From Escherichia phage YJin-2024a: a DNA stretch of 64,000 bases. The translations under genes and the position numbers were made by a program. Shown here piece after piece: positions 34,096 to 45,031 of the stretch. How positions within the stretch are numbered: the stretch's first letter is position 1; each line of letters opens with the position of its first letter. Where the stretch lies: sequence record PP534475.1, one strand, 5' to 3'. The notes under the pieces were generated by a model. That model had not been told where the DNA came from. It worked only from the letters and a program-made list of their open reading frames with translations, and did not search any database.

Positions 34096-35568
34096 ATGAC
34101 CTTGTTTAACGTGCAAGCTGTAGTGTTGAAGATGCTTCTAGCTTCTGAACAGAAGCAAATAGCATTGGAAACATTCTCAAAACTGCATAAAGATCATTTT
34201 AATGACGCTTTCTCCTCAATTTACCAAGCCGTCCAGAATTATTATAAAAAATATAACACAATGCCGTCCATTGACGCACTTATGCTTGAAGCTAATAGGA
34301 ACGCCCGCCTTTCTCAAGCTCTAGTCGTCTTAGCTAACACTCAAATTCCAGAAGTGAGCATGGAACAGGCACTTGAAGTCCTAGAAGCCGAATATACACA
34401 GGATTTATTCCTGAAACTTCTAGAAACAGACGTGCTTCAAGATTTAACAATGCTGGATCAGGGAGAAATTCTCAACCGAGTTGCCTCCCTTCACTTAAAA
34501 TTAGAAGAGAAAGTAACGAATACTGGAAAAGTATTCAACGCAGATAACATGCGTATTTTCCAGAGAGAAGAAGATACCAAACTGAACTTAATCGCTCTTG
34601 GTATTTGTAATGAGTTCGACGCTCAAATTGGTTTAGCTCGCACAGAAACGTTACTGCTTGGTGGTTGGCGTGGTACTGGTAAATCCATTATCTGTTCAAA
34701 CATACAGGTTCAGCAATATTTGAATGGAGATATTGCTCCATACTTCTCAATTGAGATGAAAGAACATGAAGTATTTAGACGTAATCTAGCCATGTTAGCA
34801 GGTGTATCAGCACTAGCAATGCGTAATAATACTCTAGAAGGTGCAGCTCTGTTGAGATTAGCCAGAACTAGAGCTAGAATGTTTAATGGTGGTGAAGAGC
34901 TTTTCGATAGCTTTGTTAAACAGTACACAATGGCTAAGATGAGTGATTTCTACGATATGGAGAGTAAGCTAATAGAAGGGTATGAGCTACATACTCCTAT
35001 GATTATTGTTTATGACCCTGAGCTGTCTATTACAACAGTTGACGTAGAACTAAATAAATTAGTTGCTAGATATGGTGATAAAGTTACAGTAGCTTTACTG
35101 GACTATATTAACCAAACCCGACTTCCAGACTCTAAAACCATTGATATGTATGACTGGAAAGAACAGATGGTTGTTAGCTCGTCTTTCAAATCTATCTGCC
35201 AGAAACATAACGTGGCTGGTGTAGCTCCTTACCAGATAGATCAAGATGGTAGAACACGTATGTCAAAGGGGATTCTTGATTCCGCTGACATGGCTGCTAA
35301 TCTTAATGCTGCAAAAGCTGATAATGGTCAAGGTGCTATTATGTTTGACTTCGTTAAGACTCGTTCTTCTGATAGCGTGAAGTTTATGCCTAAAATGAAC
35401 TGGGAAACTCTGCGAATGGATAACACTACCAACCTAGCAATGGAAGATATATCTCAAATGGAAGCTGAGTTCGTTATCCCTATTGAGAAGGATAAGCCGG
35501 CTCAACCTAAACGTGCTAAGAAAGACAAAGCTGAAAATTCAACAGGTGAACAGGCCAGCGATATATGA
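34096..35568 (+). CDS. RecA-fold replicative helicase (DnaB-like)
   Basis: Walker A GGWRGTGKS, Walker B VALLDY; start moved to MTLFNV (RBS AAGGAG) because the track start lies inside the terminator. Confidence 0.65.
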   Translation: MTLFNVQAVVLKMLLASEQKQIALETFSKLHKDHFNDAFSSIYQAVQNYYKKYNTMPSIDALMLEANRNARLSQALVVLANTQIPEVSMEQALEVLEAEYTQDLFLKLLETDVLQDLTMLDQGEILNRVASLHLKLEEKVTNTGKVFNADNMRIFQREEDTKLNLIALGICNEFDAQIGLARTETLLLGGWRGTGKSIICSNIQVQQYLNGDIAPYFSIEMKEHEVFRRNLAMLAGVSALAMRNNTLEGAALLRLARTRARMFNGGEELFDSFVKQYTMAKMSDFYDMESKLIEGYELHTPMIIVYDPELSITTVDVELNKLVARYGDKVTVALLDYINQTRLPDSKTIDMYDWKEQMVVSSSFKSICQKHNVAGVAPYQIDQDGRTRMSKGILDSADMAANLNAAKADNGQGAIMFDFVKTRSSDSVKFMPKMNWETLRMDNTTNLAMEDISQMEAEFVIPIEKDKPAQPKRAKKDKAENSTGEQASDI

Positions 35569-36455
35569 GTAGAATAACAGAACTACTTGATCTGAAAGGC
35601 ATTGAATATAAAGACACAGGTGGGGACATCCTCATCTGTTGTCTCAATCCAGATCATGACGATAAACACCCAAGTTTGCGTATTGATCCTGAAACAGGTA
35701 TTATGCACTGCTTGAGTTGTGGCTTCGGTAAAGGTATACCGAGCATTTACCATTATTTTAATGAGACTCAGTACCGACAGTCCCCAAGACTATCGCAGGT
35801 ACGTAAAAAGATTTCAGAGATTAGGAATGGATCTACGAATCTTGCAATTCCTGAATCTGCTTACCTTTTCGAAGGTGATTTCCGAGGTATAAGTTCTAAG
35901 ACCTTGAAGAAATATTTTGCTTTCCAACACCAAGCAGATTGGGAAGGCAGAATTGTATTCCCAATCACAGATGCTGTTGGACGCAATATCCTATTTTTGG
36001 GTCGTTCTATAAACAGTTCTGCCCCTCCTAAATACTTAGTAAAACCAAAACAAGTTTCACCACCGATTTTTCCTGTACGATATAATACTCCAGTTCTTAT
36101 TCTAGTTGAAGGTATCTTTGATATGCTGAACCTAGAGGATAATGGTATAGACTATGCTTCTTGCTGCTTTGGTACACATCAGTTCACTTCAGATAACATT
36201 GCAGATAAGTTCAGTCCTTATATTATTGCTGGTGTAAAAGTTGTTGTTATCTTACTAGATAATGATGCTTCTGGTAATAAAGCTGCACAAGCATTGGCTA
36301 AGCTAATTCGTACAAAAACGCGTTTAATACCTGTAGTTGCTAACTTTCTCCTGCCTGAAGGCAAAGATCCAGGTGATTTAAACAAAGATGAAATTGATAT
36401 GTTAGCAAAACGTATTGAAATTTTAATTGCTGAATCGCTTAAAGATTTGGTATAA
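35565..36455 (+). CDS. DnaG-type DNA primase
   Basis: CHC2 zinc finger CCLNPDHDDKHPSLRIDPETGIMHCLSCG plus Toprim segment VLILVEG...LLDNDASG. Confidence 0.8.
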   Translation: MSRITELLDLKGIEYKDTGGDILICCLNPDHDDKHPSLRIDPETGIMHCLSCGFGKGIPSIYHYFNETQYRQSPRLSQVRKKISEIRNGSTNLAIPESAYLFEGDFRGISSKTLKKYFAFQHQADWEGRIVFPITDAVGRNILFLGRSINSSAPPKYLVKPKQVSPPIFPVRYNTPVLILVEGIFDMLNLEDNGIDYASCCFGTHQFTSDNIADKFSPYIIAGVKVVVILLDNDASGNKAAQALAKLIRTKTRLIPVVANFLLPEGKDPGDLNKDEIDMLAKRIEILIAESLKDLV

Positions 36456-36517
36456 TATATTGGTAAGTTAGAGAAGAAACACTGAAGTTATACTTACTTA
36501 CCAAGAGGAGATTAAAT

Positions 36518-39085
36518 TTGAAAATCGCAGTAGTTGATAAAGCTCTAAATAACACTCGTTACGATAAACATTTCCAGCTATACGGCGAGGAAGTTGATGT
36601 ATTCCATATGTGTAACGAGAAGTTATCTGGTCGTTTGCTTAAAAAGCACATTACTATTGGAACACCAGAAAACCCATTTGATCCGAATGATTACGATTTT
36701 GTTATACTAGTAGGTGCTGAACCTTTTCTGTATTTCGCAGGTAAGAAAGGCATTGGTGACTATACTGGTAAACGTGTAGAGTATAATGGATATGCTAACT
36801 GGATTGCGAGTATTAGCCCAGCCCAGTTACACTTTAAGCCTGAAATGAAACCAGTTTTCGATGCAACAGTAGAGAATATCCACGATATTATCAATGGTCG
36901 TGAGAAGATTGCAAAAGCTGGTGATTACCGTCCCATTACTGACCCTGACGAGGCGGAAGAATATATCAAGATGGTGTATAATATGGTTATCGGACCTGTC
37001 GCATTCGACTCCGAAACCTCAGCACTATACTGTCGAGATGGTTATCTGCTTGGTGTTTCTATATCTCACCAAGAATATCAGGGTGTATATATCGATTCTG
37101 ATTGTCTCACAGAGGTTGCGGTATATTATCTCCAGAAAATTCTAGATAGTGAAAACCACACTATTGTTTTTCACAACTTGAAGTTTGATATGCACTTTTA
37201 TAAGTACCATCTGGGACTTACTTTTGATAAAGCACATAAAGAACGCAGGCTCCATGATACAATGTTGCAGCATTATGTTCTAGATGAGCGTCGTGGTACT
37301 CATGGCTTGAAATCTCTAGCAATGAAGTATACCGATATGGGTGACTATGACTTTGAACTAGATAAGTTCAAGGAGGATTACTGCAAAGCATATAAAATCA
37401 AGAAAGAAGATTTCACATATGATTTAATTCCGTTTGATATTATGTGGCCTTACGCTGCAAAAGATACCGATGCCACTATACGTTTGCACAACTTCTTCTT
37501 ACCAAAAATTGAGAAGAATGAAAAACTTTGCAGTCTGTATTATGATGTTCTAATGCCTGGTTGTGTATTTCTCCAGCGTGTTGAGGATCGTGGTGTACCA
37601 ATTTCTATTGATCGCTTGAAAGAAGCTCAGTATCAGTTAACTCATAATCTGAATAAAGCCCGTGAGAAGCTGTATACTTATCCAGAAGTCGTTCAGCTAG
37701 AGAAAGATCAGAACGAAGCGTTTAACCCAAACTCTGTTAAACAACTCCGTGTTCTTCTGTTTGATTATGTTGGCTTAACTCCAACAGGTAAATTGACGGA
37801 TACTGGAGCAGACTCTACAGATGCAGAAGCTCTGAACGAATTGTCTACGCAGCATCCAATTGCTAAGACCCTACTAGAGATTCGTAAGCTGACCAAGCTG
37901 ATCTCTACTTACGTTGAGAAGATTCTTCTAAGCATTGATGCTGATGGTTGCATTCGTACTGGCTTCCATGAGCATATGACTACTTCTGGTCGCCTGAGTT
38001 CTTCTGGTAAACTGAACCTGCAGCAGCTACCTCGTGATGAATCTATTATCAAGGGTTGTGTAGTAGCTCCTCCAGGGTATCGTGTAATCGCATGGGACTT
38101 AACAACTGCGGAAGTTTATTATGCTGCTGTTCTATCTGGTGATAGAAATATGCAACAAGTATTTATCAACATGAGAAATGAACCAGATAAATACCCTGAC
38201 TTCCACTCTAACATCGCACACATGGTATTTAAGCTCCAATGCGAACCTCGTGATGTTAAAAAGTTATTCCCAGCCCTGCGTCAAGCAGCTAAAGCAATCA
38301 CCTTTGGTATTTTGTATGGTTCTGGCCCGGCTAAAGTAGCTCATTCTGTTAATGAGGCTCTTTTGGAACAAGCTGCTAAGACAGGCGAACCGTTTGTAGA
38401 GTGTACTGTTGCAGATGCTAAAGAGTACATTGAAACTTACTTCGGTCAGTTCCCACAGCTTAAGCGTTGGATTGATAAGTGCCACGACCAGATCAAGAAC
38501 CATGGGTTTATCTATAGTCACTTTGGTCGTAAACGTCGTCTGCATAATATCCACTCCGAAGACCGTGGTGTTCAGGGTGAAGAAATTCGTTCTGGATTTA
38601 ACGCAATCATTCAGTCTGCTTCTTCTGATAGTCTCCTTTTAGGGGCTGTAGACGCAGATAATGAGATCATTTCTCTTGGCCTAGAACAAGAGATGAAGAT
38701 TGTTATGCTGGTTCACGACTCCGTGGTTGCTATTGTTCGTGAGGATTTGATCGACCAGTACAATGAAATCCTGATTCGTAATATCCAGAAAGACCGTGGT
38801 ATCAGTATTCCTGGCTGTCCGATTGGTATTGATTCAGATTCTGAAGCTGGAGGTTCTCGTGACTATTCTTGTGGTAAGATGAAGAAACAGCACCCATCAA
38901 TCGCTTGTATTGATGATGATGAATATACTCGTTATGTCAAGGGTGTATTACTTGACGCAGAGTTCGAGTATAAGAAACTAGCTGCAATGGATAAAGAGCA
39001 TCCAGATCATAGCAAATACAAGGATGATAAGTTTATTGCTATATGTAAAGATTTGGATAACGTGAGAAGGATTCTCGGTGCTTGA
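36518..39085 (+). CDS. family A DNA polymerase with 3'-5' exonuclease domain
   Basis: Exo motif FDSETSALY; polymerase motifs KAITFGILYGSG and LVHDS; TTG start with AAGAGGAG RBS; 855 aa. Confidence 0.9.
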   Translation: MKIAVVDKALNNTRYDKHFQLYGEEVDVFHMCNEKLSGRLLKKHITIGTPENPFDPNDYDFVILVGAEPFLYFAGKKGIGDYTGKRVEYNGYANWIASISPAQLHFKPEMKPVFDATVENIHDIINGREKIAKAGDYRPITDPDEAEEYIKMVYNMVIGPVAFDSETSALYCRDGYLLGVSISHQEYQGVYIDSDCLTEVAVYYLQKILDSENHTIVFHNLKFDMHFYKYHLGLTFDKAHKERRLHDTMLQHYVLDERRGTHGLKSLAMKYTDMGDYDFELDKFKEDYCKAYKIKKEDFTYDLIPFDIMWPYAAKDTDATIRLHNFFLPKIEKNEKLCSLYYDVLMPGCVFLQRVEDRGVPISIDRLKEAQYQLTHNLNKAREKLYTYPEVVQLEKDQNEAFNPNSVKQLRVLLFDYVGLTPTGKLTDTGADSTDAEALNELSTQHPIAKTLLEIRKLTKLISTYVEKILLSIDADGCIRTGFHEHMTTSGRLSSSGKLNLQQLPRDESIIKGCVVAPPGYRVIAWDLTTAEVYYAAVLSGDRNMQQVFINMRNEPDKYPDFHSNIAHMVFKLQCEPRDVKKLFPALRQAAKAITFGILYGSGPAKVAHSVNEALLEQAAKTGEPFVECTVADAKEYIETYFGQFPQLKRWIDKCHDQIKNHGFIYSHFGRKRRLHNIHSEDRGVQGEEIRSGFNAIIQSASSDSLLLGAVDADNEIISLGLEQEMKIVMLVHDSVVAIVREDLIDQYNEILIRNIQKDRGISIPGCPIGIDSDSEAGGSRDYSCGKMKKQHPSIACIDDDEYTRYVKGVLLDAEFEYKKLAAMDKEHPDHSKYKDDKFIAICKDLDNVRRILGA

Positions 39086-39575
39086 TTTCAAATTGCCCGT
39101 ATATGCTTTACGGGCGTTTGTATCAATTGAGCAAGAAGGTGATTATTCCGTAATTACAACAAGATATAATAAATATGTGCTAGATAACAGGAAGTTGCCT
39201 GGCACTTTTTCTCAACGTAGGCTTATTCTATTTGAGAAACGGAAAGAATTACCATACAAGCTCTATCCTATTAGAGGTAGAATATCCATGTTATCTCAAT
39301 TAGTTGGGTCAAAGCGTAACCAATTCATAGATTCTGATGGAAATCTTATTAATTGGAAGAAAACTACGTTTTATGATGTTGTCACCTCTAAAGTTTTGCA
39401 TTCAGCTAGAATTTATAACGGAAAATACCAATGCTATGTAGCTAAAGTTCCATATCCATTTGTATTATCCTATGTTCCAGCTTATATAAGTTATATTCTG
39501 GTAAATAATAGCCCTGTTATTTATCAAGTCCATCAAGAGGAGCCTGAAATTCCTAGACTTAGAATAAAATTATGA
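39078..39575 (+). CDS. hypothetical protein
   Basis: 165-aa ORF overlapping both neighbours; start uncertain. Confidence 0.35.
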   Translation: MLDFKLPVYALRAFVSIEQEGDYSVITTRYNKYVLDNRKLPGTFSQRRLILFEKRKELPYKLYPIRGRISMLSQLVGSKRNQFIDSDGNLINWKKTTFYDVVTSKVLHSARIYNGKYQCYVAKVPYPFVLSYVPAYISYILVNNSPVIYQVHQEEPEIPRLRIKL

Positions 39576-40924
39576 AGGTTGTTATATCTAATAAAGCCTA
39601 TTTCAAGCCCGATGATGAACTTTGGGATTATTGTAGTAAGCAAACCACTTATCACATTGAGACAATGACTAGTAAATACCCTATTATGTATAAGAATAGT
39701 GGTGTTGTTGCTAAAGAGATTAAGTGGATTCCTATCACGCGTCTGGATCTACTAGATGCTAAAGGAGTAAAATACGAATTAGTTGATAAACGCACATTAG
39801 CTCCGGTAGATATACCAAAACCTACGTTCAAGCTGCGCGAAGAAGATCAGCTTCCAATATACGAAGAATGCGATGATACCTGTATTATTAATGGTAAGCC
39901 TGGATTTGGCAAAACTATCCTAGCCCTGGCACTTGCGTATAAATTTGGCCAGAAAACTCTGGTAATTTGTACCAACACATCTATTCGTGAAATGTGGGCG
40001 GCAGAAGTTCGTAAATGGTTTGGGTTTGAACCGGGTATCATAGGTTCTGGGAAATACAATATTGATCCACCAATTGTGGTCAGTAATATTCAAACAGTGA
40101 ATAAACATGCGAATAATCTGTCTAAAGTATTCGGTACTGTTATAGTTGATGAAGTTCACCATTGTGTGGCCACAACTTTCACTAACTTCCTAGAAATATC
40201 ATGTGCTCGCTATAAGATTGGACTATCTGGAACATTAAAACGTAAAGATGGTCTACAAGTTATGTTCAAAGATTTCTTTGGATATAAGATCTTTAGCCCA
40301 CCAGTTAATAATACTGTTGCACCTACAATCCATAGGTACTCCGTACCTGTTGAGTTATCAGGGAACCAAAACGTACCCTGGGCATTACGTGCTAACGATG
40401 TGTATAATCATCCTGAATATCGAGAGACTATTATAAACCTGGCACATTTATACGTGAATATGGGGCATAAAGTACTCATTGTAAGTGATAGAACAGAGTT
40501 AATCCAAACAGTGCTAGAAGCTCTTGCACAGCGTGGTGTTACAACATATGAAATTATAGGGGCAACCCACTTAGATGACCGATTAAAAATTCAGGAAGAT
40601 ATAGCAAAAGGTGGACCTTGTGTACTTGCAGCAGCTCAAAGTATCTTCTCTGAAGGTATTTCTCTTAACGAGTTGTCTTGTTTAATAATGGGGAGTCTCA
40701 TTAATAATGAATCTCTCATCGAACAGCTTGCAGGACGTGTTCAACGTATTGTCAATGGTAAACTCGACCCTATTGTTGTAGATCTAATTATGAAAGGTGG
40801 CACTGGACTAAGACAGGCTTCTGGACGTATGGCAGTATATCGTAACAACGGGTGGAAAACTATTACTATGACTCCGGAGAAAGCAGTTCAATTAGCTAAA
40901 ATTGCATTTGGCAACAGCTCATAA
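39572..40924 (+). CDS. SF2 DNA helicase (T5 D10-like)
   Basis: Walker A GKPGFGKT, DEAH-type VIVDEVHH. Confidence 0.8.
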   Translation: MKVVISNKAYFKPDDELWDYCSKQTTYHIETMTSKYPIMYKNSGVVAKEIKWIPITRLDLLDAKGVKYELVDKRTLAPVDIPKPTFKLREEDQLPIYEECDDTCIINGKPGFGKTILALALAYKFGQKTLVICTNTSIREMWAAEVRKWFGFEPGIIGSGKYNIDPPIVVSNIQTVNKHANNLSKVFGTVIVDEVHHCVATTFTNFLEISCARYKIGLSGTLKRKDGLQVMFKDFFGYKIFSPPVNNTVAPTIHRYSVPVELSGNQNVPWALRANDVYNHPEYRETIINLAHLYVNMGHKVLIVSDRTELIQTVLEALAQRGVTTYEIIGATHLDDRLKIQEDIAKGGPCVLAAAQSIFSEGISLNELSCLIMGSLINNESLIEQLAGRVQRIVNGKLDPIVVDLIMKGGTGLRQASGRMAVYRNNGWKTITMTPEKAVQLAKIAFGNSS

Positions 40925-41144
40925 ATGATGTATAATATATACATAAATTTGAGAGAGAAAGTTTCGGATTGATAAGAAAGTCCGAAGCAGAAAAATAAAA
41001 ATTTTAGTTGCTAAATTCTCTCGAAATCTAGTATAATATATACATAAATTCGAGGAGAAAACAAAAATTAAATTCTTCGATTATGAAAAGCTATACTTAC
41101 TAGCTAGAGGAAATTCCGACCTAATTATTAAGCTATTCAAAAGA

Positions 41145-41429
41145 ATGCTTACAGAGCCTGATGCTCACCAATTATTGGTCGGTTCCTCATTCATTTTGAA
41201 TGAATCAACAATAGTTGATAATCCAAATAAATTGTCTAATAGACAACTGGCAGAATATCTAGGAATTTTAAGTCTACGAAATTATGCCGAATACAAGTTT
41301 ACAAACGATCCTAGTTTGGACATACAATATGTTCCAGTATGGATACCACGTTTAGTAATCGACACTAACCCACTAATCGCAATTAACAAATCGAAATTAA
41401 TCTTTAAAGAGGAAATAAAATATGGCTAA
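41145..41429 (+). CDS. hypothetical protein
   Basis: 94-aa ORF with weak RBS. Confidence 0.3.
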   Translation: MLTEPDAHQLLVGSSFILNESTIVDNPNKLSNRQLAEYLGILSLRNYAEYKFTNDPSLDIQYVPVWIPRLVIDTNPLIAINKSKLIFKEEIKYG

Positions 41430-42195
41430 GTCTTGGGGCGAAACTACTGGCGGTTCTAACGATAAAATCGAATTCCTGAAGTTCAACAACGGTATCACTC
41501 GTGTTCGTATCGTTTCTGGTGTTCTTCCACGTTATGTCTATTGGCTGACTAATAAAGAGGGTAACGCAGCTCCTTTCGAATGTCTCCGTTTTAACCGTGA
41601 CAAAGAGAGCTTTGTTCGTGGTAAAGCTGATCCAGTTCATGAGATGGGCTTCTTCGAGAAAGAGCTGGATAAAGAGGGTAATCGTGTTCCGCTGAAACCG
41701 AAGAAAAACTATATCGCTTTTGTTATCGACCGTTCTGATAACAAACTGAAAGTAATGGAAGTCAAGGCTACTATTCTGAAAGGCATCCAGTCTATCATGA
41801 AGCAGTTGAATCTGGCAACTCCGTTTGATATTGATATTTCTATCGAGAAAAAAGGTAAAGGTTTCGATACTGAGTATGATGTACAGCAGATTGCTGCTAT
41901 GCAGTTCCAGATTAAGCTGCAAGATCCTAACAGTGCGGAATCTAAGCAATATGCTGCGGATGTAGATCTGATCGGTGAAGCTATGTGTGACGAAGATGGC
42001 GACATCATTAAGTTCGAAAAAGTTCCTTCTCTGGAACAAACCTATCCGGTTCCTACCTATGAAGAGCAGAAAGAAGCAATTCAAGCCTTCATGGAGGGTC
42101 GTGAGAATAAAGATGATGATGCCAAATCTGGTAATAGCAATGTAGGCTCCCAGAAAGGTATTGACACAGAAGCTGCAAGCGATCTGGACGACTAA
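41422..42195 (+). CDS. gp32-like ssDNA-binding protein with acidic C-terminal tail
   Basis: RVRIVSGVLPR...NAAPFECLRF resembles T4 gp32 AVIRFLPSK...QAPFAIL; C-terminus ...EAASDLDD; high-expression codon usage. Confidence 0.5.
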   Translation: MAKSWGETTGGSNDKIEFLKFNNGITRVRIVSGVLPRYVYWLTNKEGNAAPFECLRFNRDKESFVRGKADPVHEMGFFEKELDKEGNRVPLKPKKNYIAFVIDRSDNKLKVMEVKATILKGIQSIMKQLNLATPFDIDISIEKKGKGFDTEYDVQQIAAMQFQIKLQDPNSAESKQYAADVDLIGEAMCDEDGDIIKFEKVPSLEQTYPVPTYEEQKEAIQAFMEGRENKDDDAKSGNSNVGSQKGIDTEAASDLDD

Positions 42196-42201
42196 TAAAT
42201 A

Positions 42202-42226
42202 GAGGGGCTTCGGCCCCTTTCTTTTT
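42202..42226 (+). terminator. UUCG-tetraloop intrinsic terminator
   Basis: GGGGC-TTCG-GCCCC followed by TTTCTTTTT. Confidence 0.7.
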
Positions 42227-42231
42227 AACCA

Positions 42232-43209
42232 ATGAGAATATTATTTAGTGCTGATCATCATATCAAACTAGGACAAGATAAAGTTCCAAAGGAATGGCAG
42301 AAGCGTCGCTTCCTGATGCTAGGAGAACGGTTAAATGATATATTCCATAATCATAACTGTGATCTCCATATTGCTGGTGGTGATATACTTGATGTTGCCG
42401 ACCCGTCGTCAGAAGAAATAGAACTGCTTGAACAGTTCATGTCAAGACTTGACCATCCAGGCAAAATCTTTACTGGAAATCATGAAATGTTAACTAAAAC
42501 CATTTCATGCCTATATCATTATGCAGGAGTTATTAATAAAGTAACGAGTGGTAAGTGGGAAGTAATTACCAAACCATATCGTTCCCCTGAATTTGATATT
42601 GTTCCGTATGATGAGATCCATAAATCCAAATGGAAACCGTCTGAATCAAAACTATGTTTCACGCATGTTCGTGGTGAAATCCCTCCACATGTAAAACCAG
42701 AAATTGATCTAACTAAGTATAACTGTTATGATACTGTAATTGCTGGCGATTTACATTCTTATACTAATAGCCAGACTATCGGATCTACTAGACTTCTCTA
42801 CCCAGGGTCTCCATTAACTACATCGTTCCATAGAGAACGCACAAAAGGTACAAATGGTTGCTTTATCATTGATACCGACACATTAAAAGTAGAATGGATT
42901 GAACTAGGGGATTTACCACAACTGATTCGTAAAACAATCGGAGCCGGTGAAGAGATGGAACCTAGTGATTATGATCGTGTAGTCTATGAAGTTACTGGTG
43001 ACGTTGTTCAACTAAAGTCTATCAAAGACTCTGATTTATTAGATAAGAAGATTAACCATCGAGTTACTAAAGACGCTAAGTTAAATCTTGTTGATCTTGA
43101 TATGTTAGGTGAACTTGAACTTTACTTCCGTGAAGTCGAGAAGCTATCTCAAGGCGACATTGATAGAATCTTGGCTAGAGCTGCGAAATATGTCAAAGAT
43201 TACAATTAA
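42232..43209 (+). CDS. SbcD/Mre11-like nuclease
   Basis: Calcineurin-like phosphoesterase motifs DHH, GGDILD, GNHE. Confidence 0.8.
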   Translation: MRILFSADHHIKLGQDKVPKEWQKRRFLMLGERLNDIFHNHNCDLHIAGGDILDVADPSSEEIELLEQFMSRLDHPGKIFTGNHEMLTKTISCLYHYAGVINKVTSGKWEVITKPYRSPEFDIVPYDEIHKSKWKPSESKLCFTHVRGEIPPHVKPEIDLTKYNCYDTVIAGDLHSYTNSQTIGSTRLLYPGSPLTTSFHRERTKGTNGCFIIDTDTLKVEWIELGDLPQLIRKTIGAGEEMEPSDYDRVVYEVTGDVVQLKSIKDSDLLDKKINHRVTKDAKLNLVDLDMLGELELYFREVEKLSQGDIDRILARAAKYVKDYN

Positions 43210-45028
43210 GACACTAAAATTTAGTAACGTTATGTCTTACGGTAAGGACATCGTAATTCATTTCGATAAGAATCCAGTTACTCAACTAATTGGTGGCAAT
43301 GGACTAGGGAAATCTACAATTGCTACGGTTATTGAAGAACTCTTTTATAATAAGAACTCACGTGGTATTAAGAAGGATGCTCTGTTCTCCTGGTCTTCTC
43401 CGAAAAAAGAATACGATATGCACGCTTACTTCTCGAAAGATGAAGATGAGTACGAACTGCATAAAGTAGTTAAATCAACTGCTAAAGTAACTCTTATTAA
43501 GAATGGAGAAGATATTAGTGGGCATACGGCAACCCAAACATACAAGATGATTGAAGAGATTATGGGTGGTGACTTCCAAACATTCACCAAACTAATCTAT
43601 CAATCAGTGGGTTCCAATCTAGACTTTCTAAAAGCAACAGATGCAACACGTAAGGCTTTTCTTGTTAACTTGTTCAATCAAGAACAGTATAAAGAAATGT
43701 CAGAAACTATTAAGGCTGATCGTAAAGAAATAGCAAATACCTTAAATAATTTGCAGGGCCAAATGGCTGTAATTACGAAAATCCTTAATGGAAAGAATAC
43801 TCTGGGAACCTTACAAGAACCAGTAGAAGTGCCTGAGTTTGACGAAGAACCCTTAGCACAAGAACTTACTGAATCGAAAATTAAGGCGGCATTAGCCAAG
43901 TCTCAAGAGGCTAATATTACTAAATTGCGTAATTTGGACAAAGCTGTACAAGTTGCCGAACAATCTTTCGAGCCTTTCAAAAATTTGCCCGCGCCCACTG
44001 ACCAAAACGAAGAGATCTCGAGTGTTACGCGTGACCTAACGATTGTGACCTCACGTGCGAGCGAAGTTAAGAAACGTTATCAGAAGTTCAAGCAAGAGGC
44101 TTCAAATACTGAATGTCCTACTTGTGGTACTCATCTGGATACAACTGCTGCTCAAAAAGCAATGGATATGGCTAGAACAGAATATGATCCTCTGTTCAAA
44201 GAGAAGCAATCTCTTGAAGCTAAGTTAGAACAGTTGAAGAAAGAACAACTTGAGTACGTTGCGTATACTAGAGCAAAGGATGCTTTGGATAAAGCAGTGG
44301 TAGCTAGAGACGAGTTCAAAAATTCAATGAGTGATGCTTCTTTTGAAGAACTCAATGTGCAAATCCTACAAGTGCAAATCCGACAATTAGAACAGGAAAT
44401 AGCTGATGGCCGTTCTAAGGTTGCAATTGCCAAAGAGCATAATGCAAATGTTGAATTAGCCAATGCAAAATATAAAGCGAAACTAGAACAGATTGAGAAA
44501 GCTGAGGCAGAAATGTCTGAGATTACTTCCAAACTGGATGGAGTATCAGAAGCTGTTGCTGATCTCGATATTCTGATCGCCGCATTGAAAAATCTGGTAG
44601 GGTATAAACTAGAACATAGTGTGAAAGTATTTGAAGAACTAATTAATAAATACCTTTCTATTATGACTGGTGGTAAGTTCGCACTTGGATTTGAACTTGA
44701 TGAAACGAAATTACAAGTAGTAATCTTCAATGATGGAAACCGTACTAGTATGGAGAACTGCTCTACTGGTCAGCAAAGTCGAATCAACCTAGCAACTCTG
44801 TTAGCTATTCGAATGCTACTAACATCTATTAGTAAAGTTAATATTAATCTTCTATTCCTTGATGAAGTAATTAGCTTTATTGATACGAAAGGACTTGACA
44901 CTCTTGTTGAATTATTAAATGAGGAAGAAAGTCTAAATTCTATCATTGTTTCTCATGGGCATACGCATCCATTAGCTCATAAGATTACTGTCAAAAAAGA
45001 TGCAGAAGGATTTTCCTACTTAGAATAA
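43190..45028 (+). CDS. SbcC/Rad50-like ATPase
   Basis: Walker A GGNGLGKST, long coiled coil, CPTCG zinc hook, C-terminal LLFLDE; start taken at MSKITIK. Confidence 0.8.
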   Translation: MSKITIKTLKFSNVMSYGKDIVIHFDKNPVTQLIGGNGLGKSTIATVIEELFYNKNSRGIKKDALFSWSSPKKEYDMHAYFSKDEDEYELHKVVKSTAKVTLIKNGEDISGHTATQTYKMIEEIMGGDFQTFTKLIYQSVGSNLDFLKATDATRKAFLVNLFNQEQYKEMSETIKADRKEIANTLNNLQGQMAVITKILNGKNTLGTLQEPVEVPEFDEEPLAQELTESKIKAALAKSQEANITKLRNLDKAVQVAEQSFEPFKNLPAPTDQNEEISSVTRDLTIVTSRASEVKKRYQKFKQEASNTECPTCGTHLDTTAAQKAMDMARTEYDPLFKEKQSLEAKLEQLKKEQLEYVAYTRAKDALDKAVVARDEFKNSMSDASFEELNVQILQVQIRQLEQEIADGRSKVAIAKEHNANVELANAKYKAKLEQIEKAEAEMSEITSKLDGVSEAVADLDILIAALKNLVGYKLEHSVKVFEELINKYLSIMTGGKFALGFELDETKLQVVIFNDGNRTSMENCSTGQQSRINLATLLAIRMLLTSISKVNINLLFLDEVISFIDTKGLDTLVELLNEEESLNSIIVSHGHTHPLAHKITVKKDAEGFSYLE

Positions 45029-45031
45029 AAC

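Noticed and set aside
44152-44730. Minus-strand 192-aa ORF inside the SbcC-like gene
   Set aside because: Antisense frame of a coiled-coil coding region; Ser/Ala-rich low-complexity product
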